This document shows positions 1-11,260 of a stretch of 64,000 nt of DNA, in pieces. The translations under genes and the position numbers were made by a program. The stretch covers positions 6,882,001-6,946,000 of the forward strand of contig OZ281494.1 of the NCBI GenBank assembly GCA_965637545.1, in the 5' to 3' direction. Below the pieces are notes generated by a model. It made no database searches. It was not told the origin of the DNA and saw nothing but the letters and a program-made list of their open reading frames with translations. Source of the DNA: Phallusia mammillata. Taxonomy: Eukaryota. Positions within the stretch are counted from its first letter, which is position 1, and each line of letters starts with the position of its first letter.

Positions 1-135
1 ACATAATTCTTTGCTCACAAAGCTTTGACTTTGAGAAACCTGGGCAGAATTTTCATATTTTGCACATATACAATTGGCACGTGAGAACTAGTTTCAAAAC
101 TGAAAGGTTTGAAGGCTACAGCAAAACAAAAAATC

Positions 136-435
136 ATGGCAACACTGATAATGACTTTTTTGTTGTTGCTACTACAGTTTTTCCTTTGCTAATGCACAAA
201 CGGATGATTTGCTGACCCAATAGCAAACTAGATGCGGAGTTCCCGTGCAGTGGAAATGAATGTTGCACAAGTCACGTATGCTCAGTAGAAGACCTTGGCC
301 CAGGAGACGTTTCAGTAATAATGCAGTTTATAAATGCAGGTTAGCTGGACTTTGATTTAAAAACACAGAATGTTTGTTAAAATATTGATTGTTTGTTAGT
401 AAATGTACTGTAAACTTCCAGAATTGTATACATAA
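136..435 (+). pseudogene. Pseudogene fragment of gene A (signal-peptide exon fused to the CC exon)
   Basis: 1-435 aligns with 6650-6895 and 8168-8390. The ATG at 136 hits TAA after 18 codons because of a frameshift, and the gene-A frame (NAQTDDLLTQ) has TAG at 221-223. The exon-1 equivalent ends at 236 and is joined through one extra G to the exon-5 equivalent (238-339, EFPCSGNECC...VSVIMQFINA). The next intron and a degenerate exon 6 (from 400) are retained. Confidence 0.85.
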
Positions 436-586
436 GTGCGCAAACTAAAACCTTGTCATACTTTGTATTAAAAACACAGTTTTCACATTGTTTTCTTCCG
501 AAATTTTGTTGTTGTAGTATTTGCAAATACATTTTGTTTTTACTACTGTTACATTTTGAAAAAAGGTCATAATGGCAACAGAAATG

Positions 587-2640
587 CACTACAAAAAACA
601 GTGTGTTGTTTCAACACGCCGGTGTGTTTCAACCACACTAACGGTGTGTTCTAAGAACACGGCAGGTGTGTTGCTACCGCGATAATCGATGTGTATTCGC
701 TTAACGACACGCCGCACGGGACGAACAACACGCCAGGTGTGTCGATTCAAGGTCAAGGTGATCCGTTTCAAGTCCAGAAACACAGAACAACACGCCGCCG
801 TGTTGTTTTGTTGCTTTCCTTCTTTCCTTTTGACTTTGAAATTACTCAACCGTAACGGCGGGAACGCACGAAACGGCTGCAAAGTTCTTTTTTTACTTGA
901 TTGACTTAAAGTAAGTAAGTTGTTAAGAGACTTAATATCAAGGCTAATAGGAGTTAATTGAGTATTAATTGACAAGTTTTAATGTATTCAAGACTTTTGG
1001 ACAATGTGAACAGGATGGTGGTGCAAATCTCATGAAAGGTTGGTATATTTACAATTTTACATACATTTGTAACTTGTGCATGTATAAAACATATGTTTGT
1101 GCATGTTGTAATGGCTTGTTTTTTGTATTAGGCTAGCCTGTTACCAAATGACTGAGTGAAGTGGTTTTCTTGACAATTTGGTATCTCTATCAAGTAAAAG
1201 ACATACAAAACATGCATTCAAGTGACCTCTATTTGCATTTTTTGCCAAATTATTACAGTTCTGTTGGTAAGTGCTTGAAAGCGGTAAAGAATTTAACTTT
1301 CCACAATATCAATTCCTTTATAACAGAACTTTCTGCTTAATGATTACGTATTTCAAGTGTATAATTTGTTGCAGAGTCCTGTACAAAACCTAATGATGCA
1401 TCTGGCCTTACTGTGCATAACATGGATTATTGAACAACCAAGGGAATTCTTTGATGGAATTAATTCTGTTACAAAGGCAGCATGTGGTAGGCATTAAACC
1501 AAATCTTTATGGCTGAGTTGCAAACAAGTAAACATGTATGAGGTAGTTACATTTGAGAAAATACATCTTTTTTCATTATGCAATAGCATATTATCATAGT
1601 GTTCTTGTTGATGGATACATTACTTATACATTATACATTGCTTTATATACATTACTTGTTTTTAGACAATCAACATTAAGGGACATTCAATATCACTTGC
1701 TACCAGAAATCTTAAGGGACGTTTGGTGTGAGTTTAATTGCCTTTTAAGTAATCGGCCTCTTTCTCCAGCATATTTTGAATATATATGGTGTTTACTGTT
1801 TTGCAGATGGTAAACGTAACTCATGTTCTCAAAAGTGCCATAGGGGAACCTTTGGATAATCATATGCTGCTGCTTGTTTGTGAAAGGAAATTGCTACAAA
1901 AAAGAAATGTTGTCATCTTTGAAACACAGGTATTTTGATTAGATACATTAGTAACTCCAACAAACTTTGATTTCATGTAACCTTAACTATTACAATCACA
2001 TTAACTGGCAGTAATTGTTTAATAACTGGTTATTTACTTTACAGGACCAGTTTGCAACATCGCCTGGTTATCCAAGTGTTGTTGTCAATAAAAATGAAAT
2101 GAACAGGTTTTCTTTTGGTTTCGATTTTTTATTGTAATACTTGTTATTTTTATTGTAGTGATATTGAACATGCCATGACTATGCATATGACATATGCCTT
2201 GTTGAGTACATTACAATTATATAGCATCTGACATGCAGTTGAACTTTTGTTTTGTGTGTATTTTTTACCTGTGTTTTTCCCCCACCGTTACATTCATGCC
2301 ATAACTTTGTTTCGTTTGTTCTGTTAAACGTTATGTTCTGTTTCTTCGATAAATGCGCTATTTCGTTGGTATACGGTACTGTTTACAATAAAATACAAAA
2401 CGGTATTTGGTGTGTCATGCTTTATAGCTCTAAACAACACGCAACACGCGTGTTGTATGAGTGTGTTCAAACAACACACCAGGTGTGTCGCAAAACTGCA
2501 GCTTCAAACAACACGGCAGGCGTGTCGTTGAACAACACACCTCCAAACAACACACCACCTGACAACACGGCTTGGTGTGTCGCGTGTTGTATACGGCTTC
2601 AAAATTGGCGTGTTGTTACAACACACCGGCTTTTCTAGTG
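587..2640. mobile_element. Non-autonomous CACTA (En/Spm, CMC) DNA transposon, 2054 bp
   Basis: The left end reads CACTACAAAAAACAGTGTGTTGTTTCAACAC (587) and the reverse complement of the right end reads CACTAGAAAAGCCGGTGTGTTGTAACAACAC (ends 2640). The 3-bp TSD ATG lies at 584-586 and 2641-2643. Subterminal AACACRSC motifs are arrayed at 600-800 and 2430-2630. I recognise no intact transposase. Confidence 0.88.
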
Positions 2641-3062
2641 ATGATAGTTCGCTTATGGTAAGAGTGAACGAACAACCTAGTGTTCCGACAACGAGAGTAT
2701 TATTATGTAAAGGATATAAATGGCCTCTATTTGTATGCAAACCGCAAACAAGTTACATGTTACACGATCCCTGTATCCACACTAACAGTTCATCCATCAA
2801 ACAGAACCACTTCCGCGAATTTCAAACGGGGAAAATGACACGAAAAACGGGGGCAAAATTGATGACTGACCACTCTATATGGTTGCCCACTGCAGTAAGC
2901 GTAGAAACTTTGGTAAGGTTTACAAGCTAAAGCGTCAGGTTTGTTTTGTCTTAGAATAGAATTGCGACAGTCACTCTAATATACTTGGTCACGGTTGCCT
3001 AAATATATTTTTGCGTTAAGTTCTCTTACATTTCAAAGGCATTTGAAACTGAACCGCAAATC

Positions 3063-4776
3063 ATGGATTACAAAAAATCAGCTATTGTGTTGATTATCGC
3101 CTTTCTTGTGGCAGAAGGTAAGTTATGTGTAATTTATTAATCCAGAAATACAAACAACAATATACCTCAGTTGAATACAATTGCAGTTTTGTCAGTTTTT
3201 TAATGCCTTAATAATACAAAACGCTAATAAACTAATCAAAAATTACTTAAAACAGTTTTGAGGCGGTTTTGAATTTGTTTTGTTGTCCCAGGATGCCCGT
3301 TTAAGTGCTACGAATGCCGTTACACGTCGCAGAACGCTTCTAACACCGAGTGTCACGGACCAAACATTAACAACAACTATCTGAGGAACTGCACGATCGG
3401 CGTCAATGCTTGTCAAACAGCTATTGACATTGTGTCCAGTAAGTTCGTTCATGAGACAATAAGTTTACACTAACAACAAAAATTCAAATATCTTCTTGTA
3501 GTTTTAAGTTTAAGCATTATGTGTGTCATGCATAAAACTAGCACCGGATAAAGCCTAGACACTGGCCGTCTGCCAGACTTTGCATAAAAAGCAGATATAC
3601 CTTAAAGCAGGGGCCCGCAAATAGTGGGTCGCGAGACCTTCCAGTCTGGGTCGCGAAATATTTCAAAATTTCCCATGAATGTGAGCATCGCATCTACAGT
3701 ATTAATGAACTTCGGCCTTTTTTCAACCTTTTAATTATTATTGCATTGTTACATATGACTACGTAACTGTTACATACAGTTTAGTCATGCGCTTTCTGCA
3801 CTATCTTATATTAAAAGCAAATACAGATCAAGACTGGAAGAAGAGCACGATTCTCGGCTTGCCGTCTCTCAAATTAAACCTCGAATTGATTTGCTGTGTT
3901 CTCAACACAGAGCCCACCGTTCTCACTTGTTAGAATAAATACGTTCGTTTACATACTGTTTTATGTGAAAATAGCAACTGACAATAGCATAATAGCAGTC
4001 CTAATATTGATATTTAGTTGCTAGTACTTTCCACAAACCCACATGCTTACCACAAACTTCATGCTTGAGTCGCGAGAATTTAGAGCATTTTTTAGGGTCG
4101 CGCCAAAAAGTATTTGCGGACCCTTGCCCTAAAGCACGGCTTCTTACCATTTAACGGATGAATTCACTATGCTCGTTTTCAATGGAAAAGTATGAGCAGG
4201 CCAATAGACACTTCTGACTTTACACTAAATTGTCGACCATGCAGGTGGAAACGCTCAGTTTAAGTTGATAACACGCAAATGCGGATCAACAACTACTCGA
4301 TGTCGAGATTCTCAAGTGTTCGGAATTGCGACAAGATCATGTTATGTGTCGTGTGCCAGCGGTAGGTTTGTGCATCAAATGCCATGTGTGTTCCCTGGCA
4401 TTTTTATTTGTGCTGTTTTTACCCTATAAATAAGAAATCAAAATATAGTTTGGTAGTATTTATTGTAACGTCGTTTTATCCCTTTGTATAGTCTCACATA
4501 TAATTGCTTGAAACAAAACTATATCTGACCAAACCATCATTGCTGGCTGATAAGGAGCAGACATGCATGGGTTAGAAAGACACTCTACTGCCACAAGTGG
4601 TTGTGAAGACCCACTTATCATGTAACTTATAACATTTATCTAATAAAAATCACACATATATTTTTTGATTTGCAGAGGGGTGCAACGTCACAAATGGAGG
4701 TGGAAATGTAGTCAAGAACTTAGCCTTGTTACTAATGGCTCTTATTATTTCTTTTACCACTGTCATTTGGAATTAA
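3063..4776 (+). CDS. Ly6/uPAR (three-finger, LU-domain) protein, predicted GPI-anchored, 139 aa
   Basis: Exons 3063-3117, 3292-3438, 4245-4361 and 4676-4776, all GT-AG phase 1, total 420 nt. The protein has a signal peptide (MDYKKSAIVLIIAFLVAEG), a 10-Cys LU pattern (KCYEC...TEC...RNC...NAC...RKC...TRC...RSC...VSC...EGCN) and a hydrophobic tail (NLALLLMALIISFTTVIWN*). Confidence 0.88.
3608..4126 (+). mobile_element. hAT (Charlie/Buster-type) deletion derivative in Ly6 intron 2
   Basis: 16-bp TIRs CAGGGGCCCGCAAATA / TATTTGCGGACCCTTG, with 8-bp TSD CCTTAAAG/CCCTAAAG. The interior (~3780-3938) encodes ...LSALSYIKSKYRSRLEEEHDSRLAVSQIKPRIDLLCSQHRAHRSH, which matches the C-terminus of Charlie/SPIN-type transposases. 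Confidence 0.85.
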
Positions 4777-4931
4777 ACAAACCAAACAGTTTAAAATTAC
4801 ACTGCCGTTTTTGGTAAATTTAGTTTCGAAAACATACAAATTTAATACTCGGGAACATTAATTGAAACATTTCTATGTGCATAAAAGTGTAAAAGTCTGT
4901 ATATGTATCGTACTACACTGTTTATTGTGGA

Positions 4932-5039
4932 TTTTTTTTCATCACGGGGTTCGAACCCAGGACACTCCCGGGGACGAATCCCGATCAGGACTTTTATGTC
5001 TGTGTATGGGTCAGGCGCGCCAGGCCATTCGGCCAAGTT
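4932..5039 (-). mobile_element. tRNA-derived SINE, copy 1
   Basis: The minus strand carries an A-box (TGGCCGAATGG), a B-box (GGTTCGAACCC) and an A-rich tail. It is nearly identical to the copies at 34662-34783 and 58673-58803. Confidence 0.8.
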
Positions 5040-6801
5040 GTGAACTTTATAAACATCGTTCATTGTCAAACGACTTTTTGTGGAATTGTGGCTGAACAAA
5101 ACAGATGCATATATCCGTTCGGTAGCAGTAGAGATTTAAAAAAGTGTTTTCTGGTGTTAAATGTTCTTCCTTCCCACGCACTGCCGCTAAATCGATCTAT
5201 CAATATTTATTTTATATAGGCATTTCATCGCAGTAAGCATAACATTTCGGGTTTAAGTTTAAGTTTGACACAGTGCGTACTGGCGGAAATACAACTGCAA
5301 ACTTAGCTGTCGCAAATCTTATACACCATAGGCGAAAAATTACAATTGAGGCATAGTTTTTTTTTACTGTGGATCAATAGGACAAGATTAATGAACACTA
5401 ACCGGCGTGGTCAAAATTTAAATGTTAAATATGTGCGTATGTACATAGTTACATCGTTTATGTTCAAACGTTGTCAAATGCTTGTGGTAACGCGTATAAC
5501 CGAAAAAATGTCAAACATACAAAACACAACAGACGAGGGGGCTTTTGACGGTTTAACTTGCGGTTGCCCATTTACCAATAATGGCGTTAGCTGATTCTGC
5601 TAACACGCGTTAAGAGCGTTTCGATTTCTTACTTCTCTTTACTACACCACTTATGCCCTGCTCCGCCTACGCCAAAATGCCTTTATTTTGCGTCGGGCCT
5701 GATAAGTTGTATGGCGCATCTGAGTAGAAACGAATCAAATGTATCACAAGGGACTAGTCAGCGATATGCGTTTAAAGTACATAGTTACCACTTACACGCA
5801 AGGTGCCATTAATGGCGAGTGTCGTTTACATTTTTCCAACAATATAACAATCGTCACTACCTCAAACACTGCGAGGTTAATCTACCTTAATCGAGGAAAA
5901 TCGTAACAAAAAACAAATAACAAGCATCATACGTTACTTGGCATGCGTCCAGTGTTTAAATAACATCGGAAAGTGTAAAACGCCTTTTTATCACTTTTTG
6001 ATACCCTATTCAACTGCAGATTTGTTGAAGGTAATTAAAACGGTAACCAAGACGAAGCAAGTAGGGTGAGAATTCAAACACCGTTAACGTTGCAACCTAG
6101 GTTTGGAGTTTCAAAATATGTTACACCAATGAAAAGTTACATGGAAACTCCCACATTCTCGAAGCACAAAATGCCGAAAAGCCACTGTTACACACTTCAC
6201 TAGAGGCAGAAAGGTCAAAGCTAATTCTGGAAAAATGATTGGATCAAGCAACATACATCGTCAATTATGTTCACCTAAATTTGCCAGAAATCATTTAAAT
6301 GCGCATTTTATGTAGTATTGTCTGACGATGCAGGCATCTAAAAATCTACAAACTATGTTCGAAAATACAGCACAAGCAGACGCCGCAGACCGCCAGCTTA
6401 GAATGCAGGGGTTTTACAATCGGTTCTATGGGGTATTGGGTGACGGTGGTACATAGTTAGGTTGATATTTTGACTACAGCAGTAAACTAAAAAAGTTCTC
6501 TGGCTTATGTAAGCTGTCGTTGGAATCTCTAGCAATCAGTAGCAGGAATAGCATGTATCTCTACTGGGCCTGGTTCAGATTATATTGTGTCATATTTAGC
6601 AACTGTAAAAAGTGATGAAAGTTACGGCTCTAGGTCGTTTGGTGCCTTCACTTAATTCTTTAGTCACAAAACTTTAACTTTGAGAAACCTGCGTCGACTT
6701 TTCGTACTTGTCGTACAGATATTGGATTGGCGCGTAAAAATTAGTTCCAAACCGGAAGGTTTCAAGGCTGCAGCAGCTCAACAAAACAGGCAACACAAAC
6801 A

Positions 6802-9329
6802 ATGATGTTTGTAAAGTTTGTACCACTCTTTTTCCTTAGTGCTCTGACAAATGCACAAACAGATGACTTGCTGGCCCAACTGCAAACTAGATGCGGTAAG
6901 TTTTTCAGAAAACCTCATGGGACATTAGTTGGTTTTGAATGTATAATAATGCTCAATGATCCGCAAACAAACTGATAAAAAGTTTATGTATACTATTACG
7001 TCTTGGTACTTTTTAGAAAGTTCAAGCTGTGAAAATACGTTAGTTGGTGGAAAAGGGTAATTGACTGTAAAACGCTTTAATTGTAATTTGCCTTTTTTAT
7101 TAGAGGATGCCTTTAATCCTTCCAACGGAGATCTATCTTGTCCAACATTGCTCTGCGAAAAGGCTTCATCCGTGACATGCAGTAAGCATACGATTTTAAC
7201 ACTTTCCAAGGTTTTGTTAAATAAAACCTTTCGGGTATTTTCACCTTGGCTCTGTGGTTAAATAATGAAACAACCGTGTATATACATCTAATAATACAAG
7301 CGTCAAAGTAAATGAAAGTGGAAAAAAATCACTAAATAAATCTATTTCTTTTCTGCAGCTTTTGGGCCAGCAATCTTAAGTGAACCTTTTTACTTCGCAA
7401 AAGGATTATGTAAGTGTCCAAACTGTGTGTGTTTTTGAATGTATCAACTGAAAATAACTATAACCAACTGTGCGATTACCACCACAATAAGCAATATTTA
7501 AGCAACTTATGTAGGGTTAAACAAATATACCACAAATAAAAAGCATTAAATCATAGCAAAAACATGTAACCTTTTTGCACAGAGGTAACCAACTATTTGT
7601 CCCATAAACATTAATTGTATATGAAGAAATCATGGCTTTAGTTGTACGTTAAAATTTTCGCTAAAATGACACTTAAACGGCAAACATAAAAGTAGAATAT
7701 GCAACAGACTTTGGTTAATTTTTAATTTGTTTTTCAGGGGATAATAACAGTATTGTGCGCAGCAACATTACAGGTAAATAATATTTAAAGTAAGCAATCA
7801 GTTAAATAATGTTGTAACTTATATCTAACTAGAGCAGGTGTAAAAAACGGTTTTGATTTCTTGCTGTTGTCGACAGTGCGTCGTTCGTTTCAGTTTGCAA
7901 GTTACAGAAGAAACGAGAGTTGTGTATTATCCTGTCTACTTGTGCATATAAATTTGATTTTTTAATTTTTATACCGCCAATTTCAACATTGATGTGCGGA
8001 TTTGTATCCGCGGGCTCAGGTTTTGAAACCGAATTGCAATACATTACTACAAGTTTTTGAAATATATTTTAAGGATTAAAAACTATTCAAACAAACAGCT
8101 CATCGAATTTTGCACAAAAAGTTTTGCCAAGTGCAATGAAATTCTGTGTTCCATCTTTACCTTGTAGAGTTTTCGTGCGGTGGAAATGAATGTTGCCTAC
8201 GTCACATTAACCCAGCAGAAGGCCTTGGGCCAGGAGACGTTTCAGTAATAATGCAGTTTATAAATGCAGGTTAGTTAAACTTTGATGCAAAAATACAAAA
8301 AGATTGCTAAAACTTTGTTTCTTTTTTTATATTTTAGTAAATGTCCCGTCAACTGACATAACTGTCAACTTTGTGAACGTCGATTACTGTAAGTACGCTT
8401 AACTAAAACCTTATCATGTTTTGTGCTTTTAAAACGTATTTTACAGAATGCTTTTGCGGTACTATTTTAAAATGAAAAAAGTTTTTTTTTATCAATGAAA
8501 TACCACACATTTTTTGCACGAACGACCGTTTGGCATTTTTTAAACTTATGTGAAATTATCAAACCATTAATTTACAGGCGTTGGTAGATACGATCCAATC
8601 AATGTGGACCCGAATAAATGCCTTAATTTAACAGCTTTGTGCAGTAAGTTTCCATTTGTGATTTTACATGAAAGTTTGGTTGTGTTTTATATCTATGCCA
8701 TAAAATCATTTTATTTTAAATGTAGAGAATTACATGTCTGAAGCTATGAACCTAACCAATCAAAATGTAGCTAATGTAGAAGGCGTAGAAGTACCACACC
8801 GAAACGTACAAGTTAACATTACACATTATTGCATACAGCCCCTTTGGTGATAACAAATGCGACAACAAGTAAAGCAACAACAATACAAGATACAATAGAA
8901 GCAACTACACCAACAGAAGTTGCAACACAACAAGCAACAACATCGGCAGATTCTACAACATTACAGGAGACATCTACAGATGTCACAACAGCACACGCGA
9001 CAACTGATGATGCACCAAAGACTTCTGCACATGCTACAACTACACTGACGACAAATGCTGATGCACAGGAGACATCTACAGATGCTACAACAGCCTATAC
9101 GACAACTGCTGATGCACAGAAGACATCTGCAGATGCTACAACAGCACAGAAAACAACTACAGATGCTACAACTGCACGGAAGACATCACAAGATGCTACA
9201 ACTCAAGCTACAACTGTGAAAGCAACAACCTCACAAAACAAGACAATAAAAGAAACAGAAAAAGAAGGCAACATCGGAAACTTGGTAAATAAGTTAATTT
9301 TGTTAACTATTGCTTTCTTTCTTGCCTGA
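6802..9329 (+). CDS. Gene A: Cys-rich cap plus mucin stalk, no GAIN or 7TM, probable GPI anchor, 322 aa
   Basis: Exons 6802-6895, 7104-7181, 7359-7409, 7738-7773, 8168-8269, 8338-8388, 8578-8643 and 8839-9329, all phase 1, total 969 nt with an open frame. Signal peptide MMFVKFVPLFFLSALTNA, a 10-Cys cap paralogous to genes B-E, a Thr-rich stalk, and C-terminus EGNIGNLVNKLILLTIAFFLA*. An alternative ending is possible: a donor at 9285 spliced to 9780 gives STPWKRK*. Confidence 0.78.
8964..9210 (+). repeat. Coding tandem repeats in the gene A stalk (3 x 51 bp, then 3 x 30 bp)
   Basis: QETSTDVTTAHATTDDA / PKTSAHATTTLTTNADA / QETSTDATTAYTTTADA, followed by QKTSADATTA / QKTTTDATTA / RKTSQDATTQ. 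Confidence 0.8.
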
Positions 9330-11100
9330 TAATAGCTTGCGAAAAGCTATGTAAATAGTACAGTGTGTATTACGATGCGCTTGTATTTACGCTTTAAAAA
9401 TTAACTGTCACCTTTAGTAAAAGTCGGAAACATATGCAAAAACAAGTTCTTTATTACAACGTATATGAAAAATATGTAAAAAAAAGCTGTCTATATGGTA
9501 TAAACAAAAGTTTGACTTTGTTTGAAATAGTCATGTTGCCTAACCTGTGAGCAGTACCAAAAACTAAGGCGTCCATGTGACATTTTTTATGAGCGGTTTC
9601 TGCTAGACGGCAGCACAGACCAAAACAAGGCGCTGTTTTATCACACGGGTTTTTACTTATTGCTGTACTCATTTGACGTAAAAAGTTTTATATTTAATTT
9701 TACTTTGTATGCAGGGTTTTGCCTAATAATATTTAACAAACTGTTAGGCTTTAAATTTCTGTATTCTGCATTTTTGTAGTCTACTCCTTGGAAACGAAAA
9801 TAAAAATGGCATATTTCATTTGACGAAAACTAATAAGGTGAAAACCGAAGTTTTTCAAACAGTCTTGTTCACATTATTTACGCCGAAACAAACGATCAAT
9901 GTTTTACAAAACATACAAATGACTCACTATGGTTTCCAACCAATTGTTTGAAACATTTTCTATCGTACGAAGACACTCATTACAAAGAGGCTTTATGTCA
10001 TGAGTGTCACTTGTTACGGGCATCGTGACCTAGCGGAAATAATGACCTAGTACGTAGAAGAATCATTAAACCGGAACACTGATGACAAATACAAGAGTAA
10101 ATGTAAGGGGTAATTTTGCGACGTACACCGTAAACAAAAGCGTTACCACGAGAAGCTTCTACGAAGAGGTCGGCAACCTTCATAACAGTTTCAATCATGC
10201 CGGATTATCCCTTTAGACTTTAGTGCAAAACATCAAATGTTGTTATCATCACTTGCTACTGAATACGATGGTCGTAAACAACAACACCTCACTGAAATGA
10301 ATTGATGCGGATAATTCAGTTTCGGTTGGAAAACCGATATGGTGTAAGTGTAACAAAGAGCACTTTTAAGGGCACAACGAAATTAACTATTTAACTTGGA
10401 CATAATTTAAAAGTTTTGATTAGGTGTAGTCACAAATTCGCCAAAACTGGCTTGGCACATAAACCAAATAAGCGAAATCCAACAATCAATCAAGCGAAAA
10501 GCAATGTTTTGTGGGGCAAAAGCAATAACTTTTTACGATTTCGCAGTCACAAACTATGTAAAAGGTGTTCGGTGTTAATTTTATTTCAGTAAATAACGAT
10601 AATCTCAACGTAAAAGAGCCCGATAGCTGAAGACAAGGAAAAACTGGTGTACATGAAGACACAGACCCTAATATAAACTTTTCTATTTTTGCAACATTTT
10701 GCTGCAAAGTTCCACATCCTATCAAGTTACGTCTATGCAAAGTCACATGAAAAAAACCCACGTTCTAAAACCGTCTGGCGAAATTATGGAAGCTCCCAGA
10801 TACACGCTTCACTGAACGTGGGTCGCTCTACCTGCTAAGTTTAGCTTCAGGAATTTTTAAAGTTGTTGATTCAAACACAAACCGATTGACGGCAAACTAA
10901 TAAGTGCTTTGCAGAGTCAAAAATTTACATATGCAACACAACGGTTTTCATGCCATTCCCCCAAAAATATTACAAGGCTCAAAAAGGTAACTTTGGAGAG
11001 TCATAGTTTTTTTTTTAAATCAAAAGAGGAAAAATTAGTTTTGTCGAAACCCTGTAAGGTTGCAATAACAATTATTCAGTCAAAAAACCTCTTTTGTTAA

Positions 11101-11260
11101 CTGAACGTTTCTGAAATACCAATTGTATGAGGTTATCACAAAAGCAATAATAATGCACTATTATTGTGTCAAAAAAAATTTTTTAAGATGAACATTCTGA
11201 AATACCAAATGTTTGAGGGTATATGAAGAACGATAATAATAATAATGGATTGTCACAAGC
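11101..11260. repeat. Two imperfect ~87-bp-period tandem copies
   Basis: TGAACGTTTCTGAAATACCAATTGTATGAGG...AATAATAATG (from 11102) and TGAACATTCTGAAATACCAAATGTTTGAGGG...AATAATAATG (from 11189). Confidence 0.55.

Noticed and set aside
589-975. ORFs at 589-975, 689-904 and 2252-2930
   Set aside because: They are by-products of the GC-richer subterminal repeats of the CACTA element.
6856-8643. Cap domain as a Ly6/uPAR-derived domain
   Set aside because: It has no N-terminal CxxC or terminal CN, and the CC pair lies mid-domain, unlike the LU pattern of the gene at 3063.
8726-8838. Upstream acceptor for gene A exon 8
   Set aside because: It is out of frame with the mucin ORF and hits TGA. The acceptor at 8838 matches the homologous site in gene B (21050).
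10050-10345. Protein-like frame (GTLMTNTRVNVRG...GKPIW) ending at a GTAAG
   Set aside because: It has two in-frame stops, no recognisable family and no partner exons.
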